Source of the DNA: Marsupella aquatica
Lineage: Eukaryota; Plantae; Marchantiophyta
DNA: 64,000 nucleotides
NCBI GenBank assembly: GCA_973895155.1
Contig: OZ316892.1
Span: 15,368,861-15,432,860 of the forward strand
Direction of reading: 5' to 3'
This document shows positions 48,401 to 62,940 of the stretch, in pieces. Under the pieces are notes generated by a model. It saw only the letters and a list, made by a program, of their open reading frames with translations, was not told the origin of the DNA and ran no database searches. The position numbers and the translations under genes were made by a program. The first letter of the stretch is position 1. Each line of letters opens with the position of its first letter.

Positions 48401-51400
48401 CTCTTTGTTGTCTAGAAATGCATTCTGCATCTAATATGATGATGCCGTAGTTGTATTTCAGTTTGGGAAGTGTCAAATTACAAACAGGTGACTCTCTCTG
48501 AGATTCCTTCCGAATATTATCTTAGAAGAACCCTGAATCACTTCTCACGGATTTGCCTGATTTGTCTGTACATACTTCTCTGCAGGGAACGAAACCAAAC
48601 TGGGCATGAGTAAAGGATTACCAGAGCCAAAGTTGACAGCTGTGGACCTCATGATTGACAAGCTGACTGGTGCAATTTTCGTGTTTCAGTTGGTTGTTGT
48701 TGTCATTCTTGGCGTTGCTGGTAATACATGGAGGGCAAGTGAAGCTCAAAAGGTGCATGAAGTTTTGTTGTCCATTTCAAAGAGATGATTCAGATGTTCT
48801 TGTCGGATGTAAGTGTTGTGAAGTTGGTCTAATTGTTATCAGATGGTTTGTTCCACGTCCTTGGAGTCGATTGAATCGGACGCTACTGAAGTCTTTGTAA
48901 CTCTCAGTATCCTGCAATCCAGTGAGAAAATAGCTTATGTGGGATAAATGTGTGATTATCACATATAGAACCACCAAGTTAATTACTGCTAAATGTGCGA
49001 TATGACTGGATTTTTGCTAAAGGTGATGGCTTGTGGGTGTTGGCGTAGATATGGTATGTGCAATATGCCAAGAAAGCTCCTTGGTACGAGTTTATAGTTA
49101 TTCCCTTGCGGTTTGAACTTCTGTGCTCCATCATGATCCCTATCTCTATCAAGGTACAGAGATATCTACTTGCCTTGCTTTTTTGTATAGAGGAGAGGTC
49201 CACCTGCTTTCTTCTTTCATTTCCATATCTCTGAAGTTTCAGTTAAATTTAGCTCCACCTGTGCAATGTCTACCTGAAATGCTTTTAAGCAGAATTCAAG
49301 GTGTTCTGTTCTAATAGCTTTAGTGACAAGGGTAGATTGCGGGTCAGTAGGTGAAGATAAATATCAATTGTTTTCCTTTCGTGGTCTTTTAGTCGTAAGT
49401 TGAAGACTGGTCATTTCTTTCGCTATCTTGGTTTCTGAGAGAGCTCTAATATGTTTGCGTTTGGTTCTGTGACTCCCTAGATAGTCAGCCACCTAAACAA
49501 ATGCGTTTGCTAGTGGTTGAAGTGAATTTCATGGACGCTGCAGGTTTCGTTGGACCTTGTGAAGAGCTTGTATTCAAAGTTCATAGATTGGGATTTGCAA
49601 ATGTACGACAGTTTGACTGACACCCCAGCTGTTGCGACCAAGTGAGTAGCAAAGTCTTTCAAATTAGCCATCAAAGAATGCATACATAAATAACTCCAAG
49701 GCCTGGACAGAGGCAGACAGGAAGCAGAAGATGGCAAAAGTGCAGTTGTCATCGAGGCCGTGATTGCATCTCGTATCTTTGAACTTCTAATGGACATTTG
49801 CTACCGTGGTGATTTTGTGCATTATGTAGGACTGACTGGAGGAGACATACATACACATAGAAATATGTCTTTATTATGTTCCCTGTGGGATGAAAAACTC
49901 AATGTGAGGTTTTGGCTTTTGACGAGGGAGGATTAGTCTCGATTCTTTTACGTTTAATCTTTGTGTTTTTCATTTTATGTGCTGACAATGACAATGATAG
50001 GCATAAAAGTGATAGATATGTTGGATTAACTTTGCCTGATGATGCACTGTAAGGTAGAAATAGAACCCTTCACTTACTATGATCGCCACTTTTGTTGAAG
50101 TTGCGACTTTCTTTGGAACTCTGTGATCTGTCAGAAGTGATTTATACGAATGGTGGACATGAAAACCGTGTCCAGACCTTAAGCAATCTCAGGATCCCAT
50201 ATGTATGTACCTGTTATAATCTTGTACCGACAATTTTGTGGCAAGCAAGAAAGATCCTGCTGTTCTTTTTCTTACAAGCGCTCATATTATGACCGACACT
50301 TGGTTTACTGAAAATTGCACTTGTAATAGAACAAACTGAGATGAAGAGATGTAGCTCAATGGGAAACTAACTAGCTCCTTCGTGGGAGCTGACCCTACGC
50401 TAGAGTGGTCCTTATCTACATTCTGATAGGAAGGAGTACTGAATGGGGCACCAAGCTGCCTTGAGCATTTCTCACTCAATCTCAGTGATCTCAACTTGAG
50501 TGTAGTGTGTACGCCTGAAGCGGAGCTCAGGCACGGTGCCTTTTTATTCTAAATGGAGTACAGGGTTGTGTGGGCGACCTCTGCTAACAGGTCCCCAGCT
50601 GGTTACTAGACAAAGTCATAGATTAATCCTCTAGGGACAGTGAAGAGGAAATCAAACAGTACAGGACAGGTAGAAGAATCAATTAGGTGACAACTAGGAC
50701 AATGGAGTACTTTAAAAACTATTCCGTTTTCTTTTAGAATATTGTCCTAATTTGCATCCGGAAATGTGTCAAAGAGTGACTTTAGGGAAACCTAACGTCA
50801 TCACCCGGGTCAGCGTACCTGATTATGGAGCTTTTGACCTAACCATGGATGGAAAGTCTAATCCTAGTGGATAATAACTCAGTTTAGAATCATAGCAGGC
50901 ATGGGTAGCAAAAGATGCATAATTGCACCTACCCAGAGCTAAGTACTGATCACATCAGTTAAATGGCTCAAATATTCTGCTGGAACTGTGAAGCTGGATC
51001 CTAAATGCATTGTCTAAGAAATTTTCATCACAAGCAATTTTTTTAAAACGACAAGCTCAGTGTTTACTTTAATTCTCAAACAAAGTGTAACGAAGGAGGC
51101 AAACGCTGGAATACTAGTTCAAAGCAGGTTTAGGTGTGATGCTCAGTCGCCCTGGTCCTTTGAACTGAAGATGCTTGATTCAATCTTGCAGTACTGCTAT
51201 AAGCGAGGATCTGGGACAGATTGAGTACATACTTACTGACAAGACGGGCACGCTGACTGAGAACGCTATGACCTTGAAAATGTGTTTCATAAAAAACACT
51301 TTTTACGACATCCAAATTAGTGAAAGATCAACAGGTATGAGCATCTTATCTGATTACGATACGTTTTCCAAGAGAGGACTTGAATATCCTTCGAAGTATT

Positions 51401-54400
51401 GGAAAAGGCTTGACTGAGCTGATGAACTTGCAGATTCCCTACTGAATCATGCACTGCTTGAGAAAGTTCCAGAAGTAGTGAAATTCCTTAAAGTCATGGC
51501 CATCTGCAACACTGTTGTTCCATCAAAAAGGTTCGATTTCCCCTAAAGTCTCACGTTAAACCTCAGCATTTCAATTAGACAAATGTTAGGAGATCGTGTT
51601 CTCCCTCTTTTTGTGGCTCAGTAGAATGTTTTCTTGTACTAATGAAACAGAAGGGACTTTACTTTTAGAAAAACCTTTTCTCTTGTTGTTCAGTAGCTTG
51701 TTGTCATGGGACTGTCTCTTTGTAATGGGACACTGAGCAAATCAGGTGTTGAGCCAGAGATTATGAGATTTGGGTGTGCTTATGCATTACCAAACTGGGA
51801 GATGACCAGGTTTCATATCGTTGTTTTTTTCAATGCAGTCCACTGGGGAGAATATCATACAAATCTCAATCTCAAGATGAGGAGGCTCTTGTTCAGGCTG
51901 CTGCACATTTTCACATGAGCCTCATGACACGGACTGGCTCTCTGCTGGGTAGGACACAAAGATAGAGAAGCTTGCAACTCAATCATGCAGTCAATAGTTT
52001 TATTAGGGCTCCAATTACGTATCATTACTAGTCTGGAACATTTCCTGTGTAGATTGGTCAGGCATGTTCATAGGAGGTATCACTTAGTAGTTTATTTCGG
52101 CATGGTTAAGATCTGTGAAGTCGGAAAAGTGATCATTCCCTGGAGTAGTTGAAATGAAAATAGTCATACACTTTGTCCGTCTCGAACTTGCAGGTTGTCT
52201 ACTTTTGCTTGGCTTATCAATTTCAGAAGTTGGATTGTCCAATTGCAGAAGTCAATTTTCTTGGTGATATCAACAAGTTTGAAATCCTTGACATTCTGGA
52301 ATTTACTTCTGATCGGAAGAAAATGTCCCTAATTGTCCGGGACTTGGCCACCAGCGACTTAATACTGTTGACAAAAGGAGCCGACGAAGCTATCCTTCCA
52401 AGTTCGCGGCATGGTAATTGTTTTTCTATATTGATTATTCTTAAGAGTAAGCAGTTATGTTGGTTTGAACATATGTTCTAGCTTTGGATTAATTTTTACC
52501 TGCAGTCAGCATTTATCCTTTCTGGTATGGGTGAGACTCCTTGCAGAATTTTATTGTGAGATTAGTACAAAAATACATCCTTTGAGGGCAGTCTTCTATA
52601 CTAATCCCACAATCCAATCCCATACGTTGTAATTCCAGTTATCATATTCCATCTCATACATACTGTATAAACTGTTTAACTGAGACTTTCAATTGTTCAC
52701 TGATGTTGTTCTTGTCATAGTAATTAATAGGTTTCCTTCCTGCGGCTGTTAGGTAGGACAGGTGCTGCTTATTACTGCGCTTTTCTTAGCTGCCTCGTAG
52801 GTTGTGTTTCACGGTTAATGAATCCCAAGTGGTCTTTCAGCTGCCTCTTGTTCTGGTTCCCGAATGCTCAACAGTCAGGAAAAGTCATTTGTGCAGGTCA
52901 GGCAGTTAAGCCAATTTCGGAAGCAGTGGAGCGTTATTCACAAATGGGACTGAGAACAATGTGCATGGCTTGGAAAGATCTGGATGAAGGAGAATATGCC
53001 GTATGGTCTACAAAATATAAAGAGGCTAGCACTTCTCTGACCGAACGGGAGGTGCGCTGGATTCCCTTTTATCGTCAGTTTCCTGTTCATGAGCATGAGA
53101 AATTAGCTAGGGAGAATTTCTTATATGACGATATTAGTTGTACAAGAGAACATTCGTACTACCTCATTGTTCGACCCTTTCATAGGACAATATTAGCTGA
53201 GATGTGTGATGGAGTAGAATAGAATTAATGCTTAAAGGAATTATTTTACTGGCTTGGTGGCTTTTATTTATAGTTGGGCTCGGGAATCAAGTATTTGTTC
53301 TGGATGTGTTGGTCCCCCTATAATTTCAGCATGTACTTTCTTCAGTAGGGTATGGTGGTAGTTCTCTTCTGACTTTGCTCCTTACCCTGGGCACTTAGAA
53401 ATTTTGGATTGAATTGTCTTGGTCAATATAGCTAGAAGAAAGTACTGAGCACTTGTCTTACTGATGATTATTTTTTATGATATTGTCCTTGTGGTTTATG
53501 ACTTCAGTGGAAGATTGCAGAAGTCTGCGAACTTATTGAGAGCAATTTCGAGGTCTTGGGTGCAACTGGTGTAGAAGATAAACTCCAGGTTGGAAGAAAC
53601 GTTGTTGCTGGGAGCTGGTGTTATTTTTTCATTTTTAATATGGCGATCTGCAGTGGTCTCATTCGTTTTGTGCCTAAGTCCCTTCCTGTTGCGAGTGTTT
53701 AGAGATTCTGCCTTAATTCGCATTTGATTGTGACTTTTTCCAGGATGGTGTACCTGAAACGATTCGAACTCTCAGAAAGGCCGGAATCAATTTTTGGATG
53801 CTGACGGGAGATAAGCTCAGTACGGCCATTCAGATCGCTTTATCATGCAACTTAGTTCTTCCAGGTATGGACTATCTGGGCAGATTTTTCAGAGCGAGCC
53901 AGACTATTCTAGAATCGAGAAATGCATATTCAGTTCCTCTCGTATGGGTTTTCCATAATTCCGTAGGGAAAAGCTGATTAAATTGCAAAGCCGGAAGATC
54001 CCCAATTGAGGCTAATGGAAGCAGCAGATGTTCTGAGTTGAGAGCACTGTGAGGATATTTTCGTACTAACTAAAATACCCTTAATTACTATCTCAATTGC
54101 GGTCAAAGGATCAGCTGATGTTTGATGTTGCAGAACCTCAGGGGCAGCTCTTACATGTAGAAGGAAGGACACGTCAAGAAGTCTCAGTCAGCCTTGAAAG
54201 AGTCTTGCGTACTCTACGAATATCAGGCACAGAGCCCAAGGTTACTTCCTTCCTCACTCTTTGACTGTGACGAAAGAAGAATGGTATCTTCAGTTGTTGT
54301 CTGTGGATTTCAAGTTTCTAAAAAACATTACACTGAAATGTGTCATTGTTGTCCCAACAGAGAGTCGTCCTTTGCATCAATAAGTTACTGGCGTGTCAAA

Positions 54401-57400
54401 TTATGAAGTTCTGCCTGTTTTAAATGGATTAACCTGCCTGCACCTTGTGTGCTATTCAATGAAAATTATGAATGAGTCGTCAAGAGATGTATTTGATGGA
54501 CCCCCAGAGTGAAGAGTGTTACTTGATGGACCTCATGAGTGATCCAGACTGTTGATAGACCTTAAATCAACGTACCCAAAACCTCATGGGGTCCATCAAG
54601 TAACACATTCCAATTTAGTGGTACATCAAGTATATCTCTCCTCAGTCGTCACTAGGATTTTCCACCTAATACTTGCTGTAGCAAATTGCCTTAGTCTAAC
54701 GAGTCCCTGTGCTTCTTCGAACCAGCTACTCAGAATAAATGAAAGGATTGTTACATGGTGGCAGAGCTGGCCAGTTTTGAGCTGTAAATGGTCTGCTCTC
54801 GTCAAAATGCCTCAAGTGATCTGTGATTTTGATACTGAACAACGAATGACACATTTGTTGCAGAAAGATAAGAGATTCTTTACAATTTTTGACGTAGGCA
54901 CTTCTGCACTCGTTTTGTGGGATCAATTGTCCAGGATATTGCATTTGTGGTTGATGGGTTGGCATTAGAGACTGCTCTCAAGTTCAATTCCGAGGCATTT
55001 ACAGAGCTTGCTATGCTTTCGAAGACAGCTATTTGCTGTCGTGTTACTCCCTCTCAAAAGGCTCAGGTATTTTCTACGTGTCTAAACAGTTCCGATTTCC
55101 ATTCACTTGAAAAAGTTTGAATTTTATATATTTTTAAAATTGGAGTTGTAATTCAAGTTGTTCAGAAGTCATTAGTTGGAAATAACATTTCTGAATCTGC
55201 AGCATTGTTGGCGAGAACGAGATATTCTTTTTGCATTTTTCATGAAGAACCTTCCGTCAACCGTCTCTAATTGTCCGATGAAATGAAAGGCACTGTACAT
55301 AGCAAAAAGCAAATGTAGGCTAGACGAAACGCTTGGTATATGATCCTAGATTGCGATTGCTGGGACATATTCCTTGATTTGAAGTGGGACATCCACCTTT
55401 ATTGACGATAGGGAAACTCATGATTGAAGATGAGTATCGTGATCAGCTGCAATGTACAATTGGGTGTAGGTTGGGTTTGTCATTTTCAATTTGTTTTGTT
55501 TTGTTTGAGTTTCTAACTTTTCCTTCTGTCAATCAGAGCAGTTGGTAAAGTTGGTCAAACGTTGTGATTATCGGACCCTTGCCATTGGAGATGGTGGCAA
55601 TGACATTAAGATGATTCAAGAAGCTCATGTGGGAGTTGGCATTAGTGGCCGTGAAGGATTGCAGGCAGCACGGGCATCTGACTTTAGTCTTGCCAGTGAG
55701 GTTCTGGGCTTTTCTTGTCAAATACTTTTGGGAATGAAGATAAATGATGCGACCACTTTTCTTATTTGGAAAGTTAGCTTTTCCGGTTCCGTTCTGTATA
55801 TACATTTTCAGGTACTTGGAAATTATTTGCCAGTAAGGCTATCCTTGACCACTGGCAAATGTGCTGCAGGATTTAGGTTTTTGAAACGTTTGATACTTGT
55901 TCATGGGAGATATTCGTACAATCGTACAGCCTTTCTTGCTCAATACTCTGTCTACAAGTCCTTGTTGTTATCCTTTATTCAAATATTGTAAGTATGTGTA
56001 CTTTGCTTTTAGTGATCCTTTCAGTCATATCTGGATTTCTCCCCGTGCTCGTTTCTTTTGGTCTCCCATTGGGTGTAAGATCCTTGTTAGATGCTTTGAT
56101 TGTTGGCTTCCTGGTGGTGGGCTCTTTTACTGCCGAATGTATAAATCATACGATGAATAGGTAAAATTGCAAAGTCCCATCGAGATTGCAGCATATATTC
56201 TCTGTAAGTTAGCAAACAGATGATTAACTGAAGTGGGATTTTATTTACAACACAAGAAAACAGACTATGGTGCCATGTAGAATTCGTTGAGGCATTTTTA
56301 ACGTGACTAGTTTTTTCTGGAAAAGGTTTTCGTTTGTTTCAGGTATCTCGGGGGCCACTTTGTTCAATTCTTTCAGTTTGATGGCGTATAATGTGCTGTA
56401 TACCAGCATCCCAATAATGACAGTTGTGCAAGAAAAAGATCTAAGTGAAGAGACAGTACTTCAGCATCCCGAGATTCTGTTCTTTTCTCAGGCTGGAAGG
56501 TATGACACCCTCACAGTCTTATTCAACTGATGCGCTGAACGTAGGAACTTGTATGTGGATAAAGCAATCTGTTCTTATTACATTTGTTGAGGACCTATCC
56601 AGTTTCAAAATCTGATCAACGCTTAAGCCAGTGCTGAAGGACCTTGGCAAGCATTTCAAACCATGTGGCAGGGCACATTGCCATTTCTAGAGATGAGGAT
56701 TAGTTTATGGCGTCCTCGAATGATTTTCGGCTTGTCTCAGGTCAATCAATCCAAGTACTTTTGCCGGATGGTTTGGACGATCCTTATTTCATGTGAGCAC
56801 ACTGTTTAACCCCAAAGCAAGTTTTGTTGCATCAGGTAGTTTCTGCTACAGGATACAAAAAGTTCCCGTTGTTGATTGGCAAGGTTATTTTTCACTTTAT
56901 TGATGGACGCGGCAAACATTATGTTCTTTATGACTCATCTGAAGCGATTGACGCGAAGATTATTGATCATGGCAGGCATCTATTGTTTTCATAATAACTA
57001 TACATGTTTATAAAAACGACAAGAGCGCCCAAGAGGAAGTCTCGATGGTCGCATTTTCAGGATGCATCTGGTTGCAGGCTTTTGTCGTTGCACTAGAAAT
57101 GAAGTAAGCCATGACCTTAAACTGTTTTCTTCTTGAAATTTGGTTGATCAAAAGACGTGTTCAAAGATGGATACTTGGCATGTACTCGCTGCTATTTCAA
57201 ATTCTGGAGGTCTTTCATTCCAGCTGGTTCCATTCATGTTAATTATATCAAAATTACCATTTAGGTTTCTGTTTATACATTTTAAAATACAACACCGTAT
57301 TTGTTTTTTCTAATTAGTAACATGGGAACCGTCTCCGTCGGTTTGGTTTGGGTAGCACCACGTGTATTAGTACTTGAGAGTATCTCAGTATAACAAGCAT

Positions 57401-59136
57401 GACAATGAACTAGGTCAAATGAAATGAATAAATTGGAGGGTTAGTCGGGTCAATGGCACAAAGTACAACGTGGCGGTTCACCATGGATAGAACAAGACGT
57501 CTCCAAGCATGCTCGGGAGTCAGCAAAAGTTGCTGTACTAGCTGCCATTGCTTAGGGGTGGGCTCACCCTAGTCAAAACACCTAGACAACGCAACTGGAA
57601 ATTATGTTTCGTAATGTGTCAACTTTTGAATATCTTTGTTTGATCTCATATCACCAATGGATATCATTGTATTTACCTTGTGTAGACCATTTCTTGTGAC
57701 CGTAACCCTGGTGGACGACCCGTATCCCTAGTGTATAGACTTAAGGACTGGCCAATTTCCCTCCAACCAGAACCTTACATCACTAAAACCAGGATAAGTA
57801 GCCCCGAATTGTAGTAATCAGTGCTGCAGCTTTTCTGTTCCACTAATTTCTTGAATCACTCCAAACTCCTCTGTCAAGTAACCCCTATCTGCTGCAGTAA
57901 CTCTATTTTCTCTACCTCAAAGAACGTTTCAATCAAACCATACAGAAAGCGATAGTGGAGATATCAGCGTCAAGCAAATGAATTCAGTCCTCTCGCCACA
58001 CCTTGCTCAATCAGTTTATTAGTCATTTAGTGGAATTGACCGAGACCCCCTGCTTAATAACTCATTGATACCATCCTCAAACTCCAATGATTGTGGACAA
58101 GTCGAGTCCGTTTCATACAGAACGACAAGATGATCACTGTGCTTGTGTTTCAATGGTTTAAATGATTGCACTGAGGCCAGTTTTCTCACCTTTTCCGAGA
58201 ATTTCAGGCCAACGGCCCAGTCGAATGAAAGATAATTCTGATGTTTTTGTAAGATTGACAGACTGATACCGTTAAGCTAATAGCACGATGCGTTCTGCAG
58301 GTCATTATCAAATATTCAGATTACAGCAATTCTTGGGAACCTTTTCGCTTTCTATGGCGTAAACTTCGCTGTCAGCATGGTTAAGTCGAGTGGAATGTAT
58401 ACTATCATGTTTCGGATCTGCAGGCAGCCATCTTACTGGCTTTCAATCCTGGTAAGTGATTATCACTGTGCTGTTGCCATCAGGGGCCTGCACTCCGTAA
58501 TTATCAAATTGGAACCCGGCCCTGATGGAGAACAATTTAGCTCGAAGGCATTCATAATGATATGCTCTTGAAGCTAGAGTCATGCGTCGTGATGCTTGTG
58601 TTTAATAAATACTATCAAAAAAGTGCCATTGTGTTCTAGCTGTCTAGATCGAAGAACTTGGTCTGGCAAATGCCGAAAGTGGATGCTGTTCCACTGCTTG
58701 GAACTTAAGAGTGTATTGTCGCTTCAGTCAAGAAAGCCTATGCATTCATGTCGTTGTAATTTGGGAATGGGATGGACTCCTGTTTTTGCAGCTGATTATC
58801 GTTCTAGGGATGGGACCCATTTTGGCACTGAAATATTTTCGGTTCTTCTATCGACCAAATGCCATCAACGTTCTTCAACAGCTAGAGCATTCGCAGTCAT
58901 CATCACGGTTGGGTTCTGCATCATTAGAAGCTCCTTTGGGAATTCTTCACAAGGGCGAAATCTATAAGTTGAAATCTCAGAAAAAGACTGAAATAGGATC
59001 AGTTCATGAACCCTTACTGTATGATTCAACACCTACAAATCTCAAGAGAACGTCTGTGAATTGCTCTCCAGATCCTTTACCCTCAAGCCCTGCGAGATCT
59101 ACTGTCTTACAATACACGCGGAGCAAAAATAAATGA
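45498..59136 (+). CDS. ALA2: P4-type phospholipid-transporting ATPase (flippase), ALA2-like, 24 exons; start ATG uncertain (45498-45555)
   Basis: [25 protein letters not shown]; DGESDLK; [10 protein letters not shown]; [10 protein letters not shown]; FTSDRKKMS; WMLTGDK; [10 protein letters not shown]; AIGDGGND; HGRYSYNRT. Approximate exons: ..45685, 45875-46088, 46645-46761, 47337-47429, 48127-48301, 48586-48752, 49049-49153, 49543-49641, 51192-51334, 51434-51530, 51838-51948, 52249-52413, 52897-53051, 53508-53588, 53744-53864, 54134-54240, 54934-55046, 55537-55695, 55870-55987, 56326-56479, 56741-56792, 56976-57103, 58301-58451, 58792-59136. Confidence 0.93.
47632..47710. repeat. CT-rich microsatellite in an ATPase intron
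   Basis: (CT)n and poly-C runs. Confidence 0.85.
54483..54638. mobile_element. Intronic foldback/MITE-like inverted repeat
   Basis: Arm 54483-54539 (gagatgtatttgatgg..gtgttacttgatggacctcatgag) pairs with 54583-54638 (ctcatggggtccatcaagtaacac..catcaagtatatctc). Confidence 0.7.
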
Positions 59137-59869
59137 GTCTGGCAGCAGGTGGCCATTCACTGGCACCAGGACATTGTTGAAACTTATTTTCTTGTTAAAA
59201 CTGCTCAGCAATGAATAAATTGGATTATTGAACTTTCGCAACATGTCTCCACTTTTACATAGGTGGAGTTTGAGCTTACACAAACTACTTAAGTAGGCAT
59301 TTTCCCTTCCGCACTTGTGAGAACATTTCTTTCGATTGCTCCTAGAATCATGTAAGGCAGAGTATGGATTACCTGATATTGGGAATACAAATTGTTGAAA
59401 TCGGCATCAACAAGCTGTACTCGCAATATTAGGTGCTCCATACGTTCAATAACCTCTATCTTAATTGACCTAAAATTGTTTCCATGCCTTTTCAGAGATA
59501 GGCAAGTGTCACATTCACAGGAGGTGTTAGGGTTTAGGCCGTCTTAAAACGATCCGTTTCTGAAGCAAACAACTGATCAGATCTTGATCAGGTCCTGGAT
59601 CTCAAGAATCCTCCTTTGACGTGGCTCTGACGGTTCTTCTTGGGCTTCTCTTTACTATGATAATTTGTTCTGCTAACTGTAATTGTTCAGGAATGTATAA
59701 TCAGCACACACACACAGGAAGTTTACGGCGAGATATTGATTGTAATAGCTCTGCTGGCGAACTAGGTCTGAAATCGGTTGCCCTTGCTTTGTCGCTATCC
59801 ATTGCGTTTAACCTGTGGCCAGCATGCTTGACCTCGGGGTTCGCACTAGAGACATTTTGAATCCCCGTC

Positions 59870-60510
59870 TTTTGAGATTAGCACTTTTCACTGCGAATCT
59901 TCCACACTTACGAATATTTTACAATTCTGAATAATTAGCTTTTTGAGATTACCACTTTTCATTGCGAATCTTTCACACTTTGGAATATTTTACAATTGTT
60001 AATAATTAGCACTTTTGTGTGCGAATGTTTTACAATTTCGAATATTAAATTATAATTAACATAATTAGCACTTTTGGTTGAGAATCTTTTACACTTCACA
60101 ATATTCTACAATTTTAACACTTGTGTGTGTGAATCTTCGACATTTCCCAATATTCTACAATTTTTTATATTGGTGAATCTTACACATTTCAGAATATTCT
60201 ACAATTCTGAATATTATAAAAATATACAATTCTTTATATTGGTGCAATCTTACACATTTCAAAATATTCTACAATTCTAAATATTCGTAATGTTCTACAA
60301 TTCTGAATATTACACAACTTCGGTATTCCGCACTTCCTAATATTTTACAATTCTGAATAACTAGCACTTTTGGGTGTGAATATTAAACACTTCCGAATAT
60401 TCTACAATTTCGAATAGTTCACGATTCTTGGATATTCTACAATTTCGAATAGTTCACGATTCTTGGATATTCTACAATTCCGAATATTCCACACTTCCCG
60501 TTATTCTTCC
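59870..60510. repeat. Degenerate AT-rich tandem repeat (core aatattctacaatt) between convergent genes
   Basis: Many copies of aatatt(c/t)tacaatt and ttagcactttt; an exact ~36-bp duplication near 60400-60480. Confidence 0.85.
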
Positions 60511-60905
60511 ATTCACCTGTGAACTGGTGCATGCTAGAACCCTATATCTAGAACAAATAGAGTAGATAAACGAGAGTTCAATCGAGATGACTTAGGGTGC
60601 CACGGAGCTGGGCACGGTGACTCTACGTAGAGACTTTATCGACCGAGGAAATTAATTGAAGCCCAGAAAGCATCACAAGTGAGGTGAGGTTGAGCAAAAC
60701 GCTGAAAAACTCGGATCAATTCCATATAAATGAGTTCGGGCGACCTTTATCCTATAGTTCTTTGCAACTGAGACTATTTCTGACCTTCCTTCAGTCATGA
60801 GTTCAACCTTCTGCCAGCGGACACCTACTCTGCTCCAGTTCCTCAATTTTCCACCTCACTTCAGTCACGCGATCAGATCATTCATTCACAATAAGGCATC
60901 TAGCG

Positions 60906-62878
60906 CTATCTGTCTCCCTCATCCACATTGGACTCCTTCCTCTCCTCTAGTTCCTCAATTTCGTACCTTACTGCGTCAATGTGATCATTAATTTCCAGGA
61001 CTGCATTTTGCACTATCCCGGTAGCTTCTTTGATGGCTGCGTCGTATTCTGCCTCGAGTTGTGCCATTTCCAAGCCAGAGTCTTCATGGGTTACAATCTC
61101 TGGACCGTGAGAGCAGAGAGGTCCATGCGTGTGGCAACCCTTTGAGTTTTGATGTCCTCGTTCAAGAGCCTGTCCACGGTCTGATGGCCGGCCTGCCCTT
61201 CTCAACACCTGAAGTGTAGCAGTCTGTAAAACAGATGTCATTCGCTGGAGCAGTCTAAAAAACAGATGTCATTCGCCGCACAAGACACAATATAAACAAA
61301 GTAAAACACTACTTTCGACAACCCCTCCGTTTCTGTGGAGCGTAGGCGGTTTCATGGCGACGGCTTACGAGTGCTGCCATTCTCATCCGAATATCTTAAT
61401 TTGTGGGGGGAAAAGGAGCGTCCCTGAGAACCGGGGGACAAAGAAGCGTCCTTGAGAACCGGAACGAGAAGCTCATACTGCGGTGATGCTACAAGCTCAC
61501 CTGATGCGCCACCTAGGTCAAGCCATTCTGCGCGATTTGGGCATAACGGCGGCAAGGGTGGGGCTGGGTCACACCCCAGGATGAGTTCTAAACCCCATGC
61601 CTAAGGCGGCCGGGATATTGACTCCACTAAGAACAGGTCGGGTAATGAACCCCCCCGTTGTAACGAAGCATATGGATGGTGGCGGTTTGAGGAGGAAACT
61701 CGAAAGTACAAAATAAAAAATCCAGGAATATTTCAAACATCTACTCCATATGCACGGACCCGAACTTCTTGATTGCGGCACACATACGCTCCGGCCAAGT
61801 ATGTAGGTAAACATATTTAATGCTTTCCAATTATGTAAGCCATACCAGTACGCGTGATATTCAATTCTTCTCAATAGAGTAAAACCCTCACCATCTGAAG
61901 CTTTTGCTTCTCCTGAGCCTGCACGGCCTGTAGAACTGCAGCTAGATCGGGACGGCCATGACTAGGAGTTCTGAGAGCTGCCTCAATTTCCAAAACCTGC
62001 AGGTAGAAGGGACAAAGTGACTGTCTGAAGCAAACAAGTTAACCAATGGCAAATATGAAGAAGAGCCTCTTCACCTAAGGACCACAAAATTTCGGCTTGA
62101 CATCAAAAATAAAATGTCCTGCCAAAGGTCAAGCATCAAAATTCAAAAGTTTACGTTCAAGAACACCTTCCAGCTTCAATGTACACACCTGCTTTGAACA
62201 TTCACTGAAACTGCTAGTGACTTGACTGCAGACCTCTTGGTATAGAGCCTCTGCATTCGTCTTCAAGAGGTCTGCAAACCCTCTGCAGGAAACCGACCAT
62301 AAGAACCGATGCTCCAGGGTGCAGCTACACTGGAACTAAAGACAAGTCATCAATGAATAAATGCTGCAAGAATTTGTCCCCTTAGACCGGTTCAGATAAA
62401 TTCTACATATGCCACGCGAGACGAAGTATTGTTGCTCGTTTGTATTCCTACCAGGTAACCACAAAGCTATCAAGACTGAAAACATTCCAGATCCAGAACT
62501 CCTCGAGATGTCAGACACCTGCTGCCGGACAAGCCTCGTTTCAGGTAATATCAGGGTATGTTCAACCCTAGGACAGAACAACGGTTAGGAGGAAATGCCT
62601 AAGAAAGCAGCTTTCTTGAACGGAAATCTTTGCTTTCTTGAACCGTAAGAAAGCAAAGATTTCCGTCCCAATAACTGGTTGTATGATGAGGTTCAAGAAA
62701 TCTTTGAAGTTGAAAGGAATGCCATCAATGTCTTCCGGGGATAATTACAAGAATCGCCTGCTGATGGTTAACATTGTAGTCAATTGACTGTGCGTACTGA
62801 GCATGGAAATTTCACCATATCACTATCGGAATTTGCCCCAGAAGTTAAGTCTTCAAAGTCTTGTCTTCTAAAGCACTC

Positions 62879-62940
<62 letters not shown>

